Positions 53,801 through 63,796 of a DNA stretch of 64,000 nucleotides are shown piece after piece. The stretch comes from Squalus acanthias (Eukaryota): positions 3,040,001 to 3,104,000 of the forward strand of contig JASTWF010000036.1 of assembly GCA_030390025.1 (NCBI GenBank), given 5' to 3'. The position numbers and the translations under genes are program-made. The notes below the pieces were generated by a model. The model ran no database searches. It saw only the letters and a program-made list of their open reading frames with translations, and had not been told where the DNA came from. Position 1 is the first letter of the stretch, and every line of letters starts with the position of its first letter.

Positions 53801-56800
53801 CACCAATGAAACTATTAAATGGTTCGGTATAGTTTTTTTTTTAAAAAAAGTCATTTTCAGTGATTTGCCAACAAGCGGCACATCTTGGGCATCGTAAGAA
53901 GCTGGAGATGGCTTCAGATGGCATCCAAGCCCCTCGAGTTGCTCCACTGGAAATGACAAGTTGCCTTTCGATTCATTGCTATGGATGATGCAGGTCATTG
54001 TCTGCCTTGTTGTGTCGTTCCTGTTGATGGTGAGAGACTTGGTTGGTGTTGGAATCTTTCAGTTTCAGGTTGAGGGTGGAGATGCCTTTGGTTGTGTGGT
54101 TTCTCATCACACCTGTGAGGCATCAACAAGCGAGATAAACACAGGAGGGAGAAAGGAATAGAAGGACATGTTGATGGGGTATGGACCTGTTGGGTTGAAT
54201 GGCCTGTTTCTGTGCTGTGGCAGGGAATTAATTTACACCGTTCATAATAATGAATCGAAAGGCATTTCTAGAAGTTTTGCCATGATTTAACAAACATCAA
54301 TGGCCCCGTCATTAATGAAAGGCATAACAAATATTTGGGAGTGTTACAAGGCTGAGTGATTTAGGGTGGTACAATGGGTTTGCACACTTCCTACAGCAGT
54401 GAAGTTTGTTACTATCTTCCTCACTGTTTACTACATTTCCAAGTTTTGTGTCGTCTGCAAACGTTGATATTATGCCCTGTACATCCAAGTCCAGGTCATT
54501 AATATATATCAAGAAGAGCAGTGGTCCCAATACCGACCACTGGGGAACACCTCTGCATACTTCCCTGAGAAAATCCTTGCTAGAGAAATTAGTAGTGGTT
54601 TAAAAGGGAGAATTACAACAGGGTAAAAAAAAACATTTTCTGGGGCAGTCCCGCAAGTAATAAATCTTGGCCCAAAAATTAGTCTTGCTACGCGAGAGTA
54701 CGCACTGTGTACTCTCGCGTATTCTGTCTCCAATTGCCGGTTTTCTGCATGCGCTGAAAACCGGCACTTGGTGAATGGAAAAGGGGGCGGGTCCTAGGTG
54801 CACCGCGTGCGCGCTACAGGCTGCGCGCACGCTGTGCACTTAGTGGTTTCAACGCGCAGGTAAGTACGGAAGATTCTACACATAAAAAAAGGAGGAGTAA
54901 GACCCACTTTTAACAAGGTAAGTAGTGAATTAAGTATTATTTTGAATTTTTTTTAACAGGTATATCTTTTTTAGAGACTTTAAAGATAGGTAAGTTTATT
55001 TTTATAACTTTTTAAAAGATTTTAAATTTTTTCAAAAATTTAATTTTTTATTTAAAATGGTTAATTTATTTAACTATACTTATTTTATTAATGTGATGGT
55101 TTTTTTTTTTAATTTAATTGAGGTTTAGCGGTTCTTTTGGGGGGCTATAGTATTCATAACTTTCACAGCACTTATGTGAAAGTTATGAATGGAAGATGGT
55201 GTGCTGCCATTGGCTCTAACTGAGTCACGTGATCCCACAGCTCGCATGAATTAACTACGCCGGTGGGATACGCAAGCCCAGCACAGCAGCTGTCCAGAAC
55301 ATCAAGTTCGTGGGAGCTGGAACTGAAAAAGCCAACGCGGAGTGAGAGATCGCGGGGAGGCCTTACCCTCGCACGAAGGCTTCCTCACGAATTTTTGGGC
55401 CCTTGTGTCACCAGTGCTTGCACCCACATTCCAAAATATCAAAAGCCAGATCTGTAAAAACAGAAACTTCTTTTTTGTCACTTCAGTTTTTCTCCGCAAT
55501 GTAACGGCGGTACTGTCTGCCTGTGGGCCAGACTCCAGTTACTGAAATGAGAAGTCACCAGGTATGACACATATGAAGCTAGTGCATGCACATGGCAAGG
55601 CAGACACAGACCTTGGCACAGAATCCAAAGTCTGATGAGAATATCCACCTGAGCAGGAGGAACAAATCAATTAGAAGCTTTTGTAACTTTACACAGATGC
55701 ATGTTCATGGTCACATCAACCTACTTAATCAGCAAAAGCTGTCCGAACAACTTCAAACATGTCCCTTCAGAAGGCAATATACAAGGAGTGTAACACAGCA
55801 GGACTACAGGTCCCAACAGAGGGTAATACACGGTGAGTGTAACACAGCAGGACTACAGGTCCCATCAGAGGATAATACACGGTGAGTGTAACACAGCAGG
55901 ACTACAGGTCCCAACAGAGGGTAATACACAGTGAGTGTAACACAGCAGGACTACAGGTCCCAACAGAGGGTAATACACAGTGAGTGTAACACAGCAGGAC
56001 TACAGGTCCCAACAGAGGGTAATACACAGTGAGTGTAACACAGCAGGACTACAGGTCCCAACAGAGGGTAATACACAGTGAGTGTAACACAGCAGGACTA
56101 CAGGTCCCAACAGAGGGTAATACACAGTGAGTGTAACACAGCAGGACTACAGGTCCCAACAGAGGGTAATACACAGTGCGTATGACACACCCCAGTTCCA
56201 ATCGCTATCCAGTGACATCTGCTGGAACAGTGCACGTGTCAAGTGAGGACAGAATTTGCTTTGCTGCTGCTTGCAGTTTAATAGCCCAATAGGGCTCACA
56301 CAAAGATTGGTCACTTGGGTGAGGTACCAGAATGCCCCCGGCACTGCACCCCAGCAAGAAGACACTGCCTTCAGGAAAGGAAGAGAGAGAAAATTGGAGG
56401 TGGGAGGGGGTGGGGCTGTGGGAAGGAGGGCGAGAAAAATATATGCTTCCTTGCTTACGTGATTCCTTGTTAGCTTTAAACTGATCATTATCTTCTCACC
56501 CAGACTCATAAAATACTGAATCTGGGAGGGCCAGATCTCAAGATGCGAGCATTGCAATGGCAATGTTAATTGGCTCCTTAGTCTGCCGGCCAATACTTAA
56601 AGGAAAAAGAGAAAGGGTCCCCTGGTGGCTCAGTGGGTAACTGCACCGCCCAGTTAGACACTGAGCCACACAGACCAGGTAGGCCCCAGGTTTGACGGAG
56701 CTAAATTAGCTGAGGCAGCATTGGGGGAGGGAGGGAAATGCAACTGTCAGTCTCAGTGACTCCAAGCTAGGGGTGGGAACAAAAAGCAACTCAGCTCAGG

Positions 56801-59800
56801 TCGAGTTCACGATCATGATCGCGATGCAGTGATTCCCGTTTGAAGTGTGCGTGGGTAGTTGTTGGGTAACTTAGAGGCAAACAAAACTAGCTGAAACAAA
56901 GAGAGAAAGGCACAATGCCGTAGATAATCTGTCACAAGATATCACTGATGAACTCCATCAGCACAAACAAATTGGCCCCTACATTCCTCAATCTGCCATT
57001 AATAATCGCTGGCTCACATCCAGGCTAGACTTTGGCACGAAAGGCCTGATTAAACAATACCAGCTGAAAACAGGGAGAGAGCGAAGCAGATGGCAAATAT
57101 TTACAAGCTGCCGGTGAAGGGCCGACAAAAACACCAACAGCAAGGATTCCCAGAAAAATCAAACCGCATCAGATGGTGAGCCATTTCCTATTGGAAACAC
57201 ACGGACACACACACTCACACACGGACGGACCGACACCGACACACGCAGACGGACCGACACACGCAGACGGACCGACACACGCAGATGGACCGACACCGAC
57301 CGACACACGCACCGACGACCGACACACGCAGACGGACCGACACACGCAGACGGACCGACACCGACACCGACACACGCAGACGGACCGACACACGCAGACG
57401 GACCGACACCGACACCGACACACCGACACCAACACATGCAGACGGACCGACACACGCAGACGGACCGACACACGCAGACGGACCGACACACGCAGACGGA
57501 CCGACACACGCAGACGGACCGACACACGCAGACGGACCGACACCGACACACGCAGACGGACCGACACACGCAGACGGACCGACACCGACACACGCAGACG
57601 GACCGACACACGCAGACGGACCGACACCGACACACGCAGACGGACCGACACCGACACACGCAGACGGACCGACACCGACACACGCAGACGGACCGACACC
57701 GACACCGCAGACGGACCGACACCGACACCCGCAGACGGACCGACACCGACACCCGCAGACGGACCGACACCGACACCGCAGACGGACCGACACCGACACC
57801 CGCAGACGGACCGACACCGACACCCGCAGACGGACCGACACCGACACCCGCAGACGGACCGACACCGACACCCGCAGACGGACCGACACCGACACCGCAG
57901 ACGGACCGACACCGACACACGCAGACGGAGCCGACACCGACACACACGCAGACGGACCGACACCGACACACGCAGACGACCGACACCGACACACGCAGTC
58001 GGACCGACACCGACACACGCAGACGGACCGACACCGACACACCGCAAGCCGAACCGCACGCGACGACACGCAGACGGACCGACACCGCCACCCGCAGACG
58101 GACCGACACCGACACCCAGCAGACGGTACCGACACCGACCACCCGCAGACGGACCGACACGCCGACGACCCGCATGACGGACCGACACCGACACCCCGCA
58201 GACGGACCGACAACGACACCCGCAGACGACCGACACCGACACCCTGCAGACGGACCTACACACGCAGACGGACCGACACCGACACATGCAGACGGACCGA
58301 CACCGACACACGCAGACGGACCGACACCGACACATGCAGACGGACCGACACCGACACCTGCAGACGGACCGACACCACGCAGACGGACCGACACCCGCAG
58401 ACGGACCGACACCCGCAGACGGACCGACACCCGCAGACGGACCGACACCCGCAGACGGACCGACACCCGCAGACGGACCGACACCCGCAGACGGACCGAC
58501 ACCGACACCCGCAGACGGACCGACACCGACACCCGCAGACGGACCGACACCGACACCCGCAGACGGACCGACACCGACACCCGCAGACGGACCGACACCG
58601 ACACCCGCAGACGGACCGACACCCGCAGACGGACCGACACCCGCAGACGGACCGACACCCGCAGACGGACCGACACACGCAGACGGACCGACACCGACAC
58701 CCGCAGACGGACCGACACCGACACCCGCAGACGGACCGACACCGACACCCGCAGACGGACCGACACCCGCAGACGGACCGACACCGACACACGCAGACGG
58801 ACCGACACCCGCAGACGGACCGACACACGCAGACGGACCGACACCGACACCCGCAGACGGACCGACACCCGCAGACGGACCGACACCGACACATGCAGAC
58901 GGACCGACACCGACACATGCAGACGGACCGACACCGACACCCGCAGACGGACCGACACCGACACCCGCAGACGGACCGACACCCGCAGACGGACCGACAC
59001 CGACACCCGCAGACGGACCGACACCGACACCCGCAGACGGACCGACACCGACACATGCAGACGGACCGACACTGACACATGCAGACGGGGACACAGACAC
59101 ACACACACACACAGACGGACACACAGACAGACACAGATGCGCGCACACACATACACACAAGACGGGGACACACACACGGACGGACACAGACAGACGGACG
59201 CGCACACCCGACGGACACAGACAGCCACGCGGGGGCAGGGGAGACGGGCGCAGACAGCCGGGCGGGGGAGACGGGCGCAGACAGCCGGGCGGGGGAGACG
59301 GGCGCAGACATGGACAGCCAACTAATCCGATTCTCTCAGTTTATGGCATGGGCAGATGTAAGAGAATTCAGTTCTCGTCCTGTGAAAGGTGACTGAACAA
59401 CTTTAGTCTTTACCTAAAGAAAGGATGCCATTATTCACCAGATCATGAGACTTGCTTATCTGTGTTACTAATCTCACCCCCACACAAAGAAATCTCAGTC
59501 TGAGAAATGAGAAGCCCGGCTCAAATCAACATCTCGTGACAACTCCTTCCTATTTACACACCACGCACTTTCCAGCTCTCAGAGCAACAGGTAATCTCGA
59601 TCGGATTAACGCTTTCAAGGCTGGAATATTCCTGCAGTGCACAAATTTGTTAAAATGCTTTGAAGGAGGGCGGGCAAAAAGATAAAGGAGCCAGGCCGCC
59701 CGCACCTTGTGGTCATCCCTACTGGATATGAGCACCGGATGAGGACAGGAACAAGCTCCGCTGCTATGCCCTCCACAGCCAAATAGCCGACTGCCGCTCA

Positions 59801-62800
59801 CTGTCCAGGCTCACATGAAGGATAGGTTCCCACATAGTTGCCAGGGAACCAGAACACAGCAAGACATAGGGCCCAAGAAATTCCAGTCAGGCCCAAGACA
59901 GAACCCTGGAAAATCTCAGAATTCGGGGAAATGGGGTGGAATGTTTTCCGGGGGGATTTTGCCCCTTTTCTAAGATCCTAATATTTTCTGGGCGGGGAGG
60001 GGGGGGGGGGGCGGCGTGGCTAGATATTGTTCCCTCCCGTTCCAGGTCAAGGGGCGTGTCTGAGGAATTCCCTGGCTTCGCCGGGAATTTCCCCCATTCG
60101 GGTTTTAGAAGGCCTCAGCGGAATTTGGGCCTTTGGGAAGGCCCCGCCGCTCTGCAGACAAGAGTAATCAATCCTAGAGGGGATCCATCACCTCTGCTGT
60201 GCCTGAAAATGGCTCCCTTCAGAGCAGAAGATTTGTTACGCTGTTGTTTCTTCAGCCCAAGGAGGACCTCGGGGGCAGGAAACCTATGGCAGAGTGACTG
60301 TGGGCTGCTCTTCCTTTCAAGGATGGATACCACTGAAGCATCCTTACAGGTGCTGGCAGTATCCACCCCACCCTCACAATTTGGGATGGGGTTTATGTCT
60401 TCAGGGAGCCCATCCAGTCCCTCCACTTTTTGTGACTGGAAGGCTGTTTCCAGTGGGGTTCCGCAGGGCTCAGTACTGGGTCCTTTTGCTTTTTGTGGTA
60501 TATATCAATGATTTGGACTTGAATGTAGGAAGTATGATTAAGAACTTTGCAGATGATACAAAAATTGGCCGTGTGGTTGATAATGAAGAAGAAAGTTGCA
60601 GACTGCAGGAAGATATCAATGGACTGGTCAGGTGGGCAGAACAGTGGCAAATGGAATTCAATCTGGAGAAGTGAGGGGTAATGCATTTGGGGAGGGCTAA
60701 CAAGGCAAGGGAATATACTATAAATGGTAGGACACTGAGAAGTGTAGAGGAACAGAGAGACCTTGGAGTGCATGTCCACAGATCCCTGAAGGTAGCAGGA
60801 CAGGTAGATAAGGTGGTTAAGAAGGCACACGGGATACTTGCCTTTATTAGCCGAGGCATAGAATATAAGAGCCGGGAGGTTATGCTTGAACTGTATAAAA
60901 CACTAGTTAGGCCACAGCTAGAATACTGCGTGCAGTTCTGGTCACCACATTACAGGAAAGATGTGATTGCACTAGAGGGGGTGCAGAGGAGATTTACGAG
61001 GATGTTGCCTGGACTGGGGAATTTTAGCTATGAGGAAAGATTGGATAGGCTGGGGTTGTTTTCTTTGGAACAGAGGAGGCTGAGGGGGGTCCTAATTGAG
61101 GTGTATAAAGTTATGAGGAGCATAGATAAAGTGGATAGGAAGGACCTATTTCCCTTGGCAGAAGGGTCAATAACCAGGGGGCATAGATTTAAAGTAATTG
61201 GTAGGACGTTTAGAGGGGATTTGAGGAGAAATGTTTTCACCCAGAGGGTGGTGGGGGTCTGGAACTCACTGCCTGAAAGGGTGGTAGAGGCAGAGACCCT
61301 CACCACATTTAAAAAGTATTTGAATATGCACTTGAAGTGCCGTAACCTACAGGGCTACGGACCAAGAGCTGGAAAGTGGGATTCGGGTGGATATCTCTGT
61401 CGGCTGGCATGGACAAGATGGGCCGAATGGCCTCGTTCTGTGCTGAAAATTTCTATGATTCTATGATGATCCACCACCGGCACACTGTGGCTACAGTGTG
61501 TTACTATCGACACGATTTTTTGACAGCACCTCCTAAACCCACGACCTCTACCACTTAGAAGGACAAGGGCAGCAGGCGCATGGGAACACCACCACCTCCA
61601 AGTTCCCCTCCAAGTCACACACCATCCTGACTTAGAAGTATATCGGCCGATCCTTCATCGTCGCTGGGTCAAAATCCTGGAACTCCATCCCTAACAGCAC
61701 TGTGGGAGTACCTTCCCCACACGGACTGCAGCGGTTCAAGGCGGCTCACCACCACCTTCTCTAGGGCAATTAGGGATGGGCAATAAATGCTGGCCTTGCC
61801 AGCGACGCCCACATCCCAAGAATGATTTTTAAAAACTACTTTGCAGCACTACTGCCAGCAGAGCTGGCTGATCGGACTTTCGGCCCCGGTGACTTTAGGA
61901 GAGAAATGGACACAAATACAGGTCGTTTTTTTCCTCTCTCCCTCCCCCATAGCTGTATATGAAGTGTGTTTATTAACTGGAACAGAGATATTCCAGCACA
62001 CCTTGTTCTGCATTCTCCTTTCTTGTGGCCAAGGAGCACCAGAATGATGTCACTAGGTGCCCACGCCATATCCTTGATCTTGCCCATTCTACCCTCTGTT
62101 AAAAAAAAAAGAACTCAATCATTTACACAAAAAAATAAATCGCTGGGAAGCAAAAACTGAGCTGACGCCCACTACCCACCACCCACCACCCACCCAAGGC
62201 TGAAAACAGCAGCTTTTGCCAGGGCAGGCTGCCCATCCACAAGATGCCCCAAGACAGTGCAGAACCTTTAAAAAGGCAGCATGGTCAGCGAGTGAAAACG
62301 TATTGCAGTGTTTTGCCACGGTCACGCAATGGGCAGAAAACGCAGATTTATCTTCTGGTGGAGATCTTTTCTCCTCATGTGAACAACTCCTTGTTGGAAT
62401 GGCTACAGAGAGCGAGGTTATCCAGCATCCATCTGGAAAGTGAACCCACAATCTCTGAGCCGACATCTGCGAGATAAAAACTAGTCATCGCCAACTCAAA
62501 GTCATCTACAAAATATTATGTGGACACATAGGGTAGTGGAAATCTGGAACTCTCTCCCCCAAAAGGCTATGGACGCGGGGGGACAATTGCAGCTTTCGTG
62601 ACTGAGATCGATCGATTTTTGTTGGGAAAGGGTATCAAGGGATAGGGAGCAAAGTTGGGTAAATGGAGTTAAGATACAGATCAGCCATGATCTAATTTAA
62701 TGGTGGAACAGGCTCGAGGGGCTAAATGGCCGCCTCCTGTTCCTACGGTCCCATGTTCCGATGGAAAATCAAAAATTAAAATTGCATTCCATAATCGGAT

Positions 62801-63796
62801 GGAAAAATATTTGTTTCAATGAACAGAAAATTGCAAGCAGCCATTTTGCAATAGGTGCTGGTTGGAAGTAGGGTGGCCAACCTTCCAGGGTAGCCCTGGA
62901 GTTTCCAGGAATTAAAGATTAATCTTCTACACACTGCGGAAAAATGACTTCAGGCAATTTAAAAAAAATAAAATTGCCTTTGTCATTTTCTTTGAACACT
63001 TAAATATTGGAGATGGGTAAAAGGGTTGTTTGACCGGGCCGGATGATTGGAGGCGGGAGGTCATGTGATGAAACCTCCAGGAATATGTCCAACCAGAGTT
63101 GGCGACCCTAGCTGGATGTGAGGCCTCAGCAACCTCTGAAAAATTTTACCCTGGTAGAAATTGGACAATGAAAAACAAACACGATACACACTTCAACAGG
63201 GCCTTCAGATTGCATCATGGGATAATTGTGTACAAATTCTCAAAGCATTTGGTCAAACTCCTCACACCACTATTTCCTACACTTCAAAAAGTACTTCATT
63301 GGCTGTAAAGCACTTTGAGACGTCCTGAGGTCGTGAAAGGCGCTATAGAAATGCAAGTTCTTTCTTAGCAGGGGTGTCAAGCCATTTAAAATGCGTAGCG
63401 CATTTGTACACAAGTATCCCGTGATGCATTTTCAGAGCCTGGATCAAGTGTGCCTCGTGTCTGTATCGCATCGCTCCCCCACCACGCCCCCAAAAAAGGG
63501 GGGGGGGCGCTAAATTTAAAAGGAATTTGGTGGGTAAAAAGGGATTGGGAGGCAAGTCCCGATATCGGCTCGCGACATATTCAGATATCACAAGTCCGCA
63601 GCTCTTACCTTCAAAGAACCTTTTAAGACGAAGGCAGCTGACACTGAGACGCAGGACAGACAGCTTGTCCAATCTCCCAGCAATGTCATCGGAGGTCGGA
63701 AGGAGACTCAGCAGGCTGTCGAACTCCAAGTTGAGCCGGTCGCGGTGCCGTTTGGAAGGGTTGGATTTGGCGGCATTCCCAGCTGCCTGCTCGGTG
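9808..63796 (-). CDS. AHR: Aryl hydrocarbon receptor family gene (bHLH-PAS), overall span of coding exons 2-11 in the window; exon 1 is outside the window and exon 11 is tentative
   Basis: Nine exons with GT-AG borders splice into one open frame encoding bHLH ([13 protein letters not shown]...[11 protein letters not shown]), PAS-A, a complete PAS-B (so not AHRR) and an acidic/Q-rich C-terminus. Exon phases match AHR. Confidence 0.95.
10975..11332 (-). mobile_element. Degenerate SacSINE1-like SINE
   Basis: Shares acagcacctccgacactgcagcactccctcagta and the tRNA-like head with 258-710. Confidence 0.6.
13358..13555 (-). mobile_element. Second LINE family, 3' tip
   Basis: ORF 13409-13612 ends [11 protein letters not shown]. 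Confidence 0.8.
13556..14023 (-). mobile_element. CR1-clade LINE 3' fragment nested in another LINE
   Basis: ORF 13628-13990 and taagaacataagaa tail; interrupts ccaagtca^ggatgg of a second LINE family. Confidence 0.8.
15495..16253. mobile_element. MITE family 2 (GGGCC...GGCCC termini, Harbinger-like)
   Basis: Imperfect TIRs gggcctgaattt / aaaatacggccc, CpG-rich ends, AT-rich core, and an internal 54-bp palindrome. Confidence 0.65.
16800..17090 (+). mobile_element. 5'-truncated SacSINE1-like SINE
   Basis: Reverse complement of the 3' two-thirds of 258-710. Confidence 0.75.
17352..18861 (-). CDS. AHR: AHR exon 10 (transactivation region: acidic, Q-rich, P/S/T-rich), 1510 bp
   Basis: Borders ttccacag|A GAT AAG and TACAAG|gtaag. 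Contains the AHR-type motifs [27 protein letters not shown] and [18 protein letters not shown], plus poly-Q tracts; corresponds to ORF 17325..18824. Confidence 0.93.
19041..19182 (-). CDS. AHR: AHR exon 9 (PAS-B), 142 bp
   Basis: Borders ttttccag|TA and TTAAC|gtaag. Encodes [47 protein letters not shown](T). Confidence 0.97.
19248..19490. repeat. Purine-rich (GA)n microsatellite in AHR intron 8
   Basis: Long (GA)n and (GACA)n runs. Confidence 0.9.
19872..19981 (-). CDS. AHR: AHR exon 8 (PAS-B), 110 bp
   Basis: Borders tttccag|G and CGAT|gtaag. Encodes [36 protein letters not shown]. Confidence 0.97.
20271..20660 (+). mobile_element. Old tRNA-derived SINE, LF-SINE-like
   Basis: Head ggggactggg...cctttcagctc...ttcaaatccagcccagg resembles the LF-SINE 5' end. 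Related decayed copies lie near 14130-14460 (+), 25860-26000 (-) and 42750-42900 (-). Confidence 0.45.
21282..21484 (-). CDS. AHR: AHR exon 7 (end of PAS-A, start of PAS-B), 203 bp
   Basis: Borders gtttag|GCT and GCAAA|gtagg. Encodes [67 protein letters not shown](K). Confidence 0.97.
22538..22668 (-). CDS. AHR: AHR exon 6, 131 bp
   Basis: Borders tatccag|GT and GTG|gtaag. Encodes [44 protein letters not shown]. Confidence 0.95.
23035..23460 (+). mobile_element. Second LINE family, 3' end
   Basis: ORF 23037-23405 and tail. Confidence 0.85.
26245..26805 (-). mobile_element. Second LINE family, 3' end
   Basis: ORFs 26540-26806 and 26247-26588. Confidence 0.85.
26969..27092 (-). CDS. AHR: AHR exon 5 (PAS-A), 124 bp
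   Basis: Borders gttgtag|ACT and ATTG|gtaag. Encodes [41 protein letters not shown]. Confidence 0.96.
27596..28460. mobile_element. 865-bp MITE (non-autonomous DNA transposon), PIF/Harbinger-like
   Basis: TIRs GGGGGAAAAAATTCGGT ... ACTGAATTTCTCCCCC; 3-bp TSD aat; CpG-rich; a second copy lies at 50480-53106. Confidence 0.8.
29380..29832 (-). mobile_element. SacSINE1/DeuSINE-like SINE, full length
   Basis: Colinear with the copy at 258-710. Confidence 0.8.
30272..30407. mobile_element. 136-bp mini-MITE about 100 bp from exon 4
   Basis: TIRs ggggtcattt / aaatgacccc. Confidence 0.55.
30511..30600 (-). CDS. AHR: AHR exon 4 (PAS-A), 90 bp
   Basis: Borders tttctag|GCA and CAG|gtcag. Encodes [30 protein letters not shown]. 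Confidence 0.96.
30965..32165 (-). mobile_element. Second LINE family (CR1/L2 group; ORF ends HHHLLKGN*), RT 3' half
   Basis: ORFs 31613-32140 ([21 protein letters not shown]) and 31252-31536; tail gacgcccacatccca. Confidence 0.88.
32165..32410 (-). mobile_element. Partial SacSINE1-like SINE
   Basis: Matches the central part of 258-710. Confidence 0.7.
32510..32628 (-). CDS. AHR: AHR exon 3, 119 bp
   Basis: Acceptor ccttgcag|TT, donor CAG|gtaaag. Encodes (V)[39 protein letters not shown], ending like human EGEFLLQ; phase 1 in, phase 0 out. Confidence 0.9.
35665..36955 (+). mobile_element. Second LINE family, RT 3' half
   Basis: ORFs 35665-36117 ([14 protein letters not shown]) and 36379-36792; same tail. 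Confidence 0.88.
37338..37880 (+). mobile_element. CR1-clade LINE 3' fragment
   Basis: ORF 37323-37778 encodes the ORF2 C-terminus, followed by a 3' tail. Confidence 0.85.
38606..38641 (+). ncRNA. Minimal hammerhead motif in a short Penelope-type end (about 38605-38702)
   Basis: gtt-CTGACGA-a-gggtc(atc)gacct-GAAA-catt-aac; downstream sequence matches the 42491 copy. Confidence 0.55.
41084..41384. promoter_or_regulatory. Candidate intronic enhancer or promoter: XRE/ETS/CRE/AP-1 cluster
   Basis: TAGCGTG at 41151 and 41164, TTGCGTG at 41363, CACGC at 41084, tandem CTTCCGG at 41127 and 41134, TGACG near 41114, TGACTCA at 41282, TGAGTCA at 41378. Confidence 0.4.
42491..42527 (+). ncRNA. Minimal hammerhead motif in a Penelope-type end (about 42270-42625)
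   Basis: agtt-CTGATGA-a-aggcc(atc)gacct-GAAA-cgtt-aact. Confidence 0.6.
43001..43205. mobile_element. Penelope-like element remnant (inverted pseudo-LTR) with hammerhead motifs
   Basis: 74-bp inverted arms over 43002-43151, CTGACGA...GAAA cores, and a 12-bp TSD caattcatttca (42989-43000 and 43206-43217). Confidence 0.75.
43078..43114 (+). ncRNA. Minimal hammerhead ribozyme motif (mirror copy at 43039-43075 on the minus strand)
   Basis: tcac-CTGACGA-a-ggag(cagcg)ctcc-GAAA-gctt-gtga: stem I, core, stem II and palindromic stem III. Confidence 0.65.
43974..46998 (-). mobile_element. CR1-clade LINE with near-complete ORF2 (APE endonuclease plus RT), broken by frameshifts
   Basis: ORFs 45997-46995 (YLNARS, AITETWL, GVVYRPP, MGDFN, SDHN), 45029-45880 ([23 protein letters not shown]) and 44145-45071 ([14 protein letters not shown]), followed by a 3' tail. 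Confidence 0.92.
47000..47415 (+). mobile_element. Diverged SacSINE1-like SINE
   Basis: gacactccagtgcagtactgagggagtgctgcattgtcgga...gcaggggagttctccctggtgtcc matches the family. Confidence 0.7.
47733..48519. repeat. 29-bp minisatellite, about 27 copies
   Basis: Unit actgaccctgggaacaggagcggaccgtc with only a few variable positions. Confidence 0.97.
50480..53106. mobile_element. Second copy of the 865-bp MITE, split by a CR1 LINE
   Basis: Same TIRs, 3-bp TSD aaa; colinear with 27596-28460 on both sides of the LINE. Confidence 0.85.
51106..52843 (-). mobile_element. 5'-truncated CR1-clade LINE with an uninterrupted RT frame, inserted into a MITE
   Basis: ORF 51336-52880 carries the RT motifs; (ttcttatg)n tail; TTAAGAAC duplicated at 51098-51105 and 52844-52851. 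Confidence 0.92.
53108..53762 (-). mobile_element. CR1-clade LINE 3' fragment
   Basis: ORFs 53414-53623 and 53183-53413 encode the ORF2 C-terminus ([33 protein letters not shown]). Confidence 0.85.
54669..55401. mobile_element. MITE family 2, diverged copy in the opposite orientation
   Basis: TIRs ggcccaaaaatt / aatttttgggcc, 3-bp TSD ctt; shares motif order with 15495-16253. Confidence 0.7.
55786..56177. repeat. 49-bp minisatellite, 8 copies
   Basis: Unit gagtgtaacacagcaggactacaggtcccaacagagggtaatacacagt. Confidence 0.97.
57197..59310. repeat. CpG-rich compound minisatellite (18/24-bp units) with (AC)n-like flanks
   Basis: Units gcagacggaccgacac[cgacac](ac/cc/at); ends in three copies of a ggggagacgggcgcagaca-type unit. 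Confidence 0.97.
59869..60132. mobile_element. Short GC-rich MITE
   Basis: Inverted termini gggcccaagaaattcc ... ggaatttgggcc. Confidence 0.5.
60430..61467 (+). mobile_element. CR1-clade LINE 3' portion
   Basis: [22 protein letters not shown] 60681-61466, and a (ttctatga)n tail. Confidence 0.88.
61470..61825 (+). mobile_element. Second LINE family, 3' end
   Basis: Matches 23035-23460. Confidence 0.8.
62869..63110. mobile_element. hAT (Blackjack-like) non-autonomous element
   Basis: TIRs tagggtggccaac / gttggcgacccta; flanks gttggaag / gctggatg (6 of 8 match, read as a decayed 8-bp TSD). Confidence 0.6.
63609..63796 (-). CDS. AHR: AHR exon 2 (bHLH), 188 bp
   Basis: Acceptor cccag|C ACC GAG, donor GAAG|gtaag. 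Encodes [62 protein letters not shown]; same length as human AHR exon 2. Confidence 0.95.

Noticed and set aside
57159..59396. Long ORFs (up to 720 aa) on both strands
   Set aside because: They are translations of a stop-free minisatellite, giving low-complexity peptides in every frame.
9808..63796. AHRR or pseudogene interpretation
   Set aside because: PAS-B is complete and all exons 2-10 splice in frame with canonical sites.
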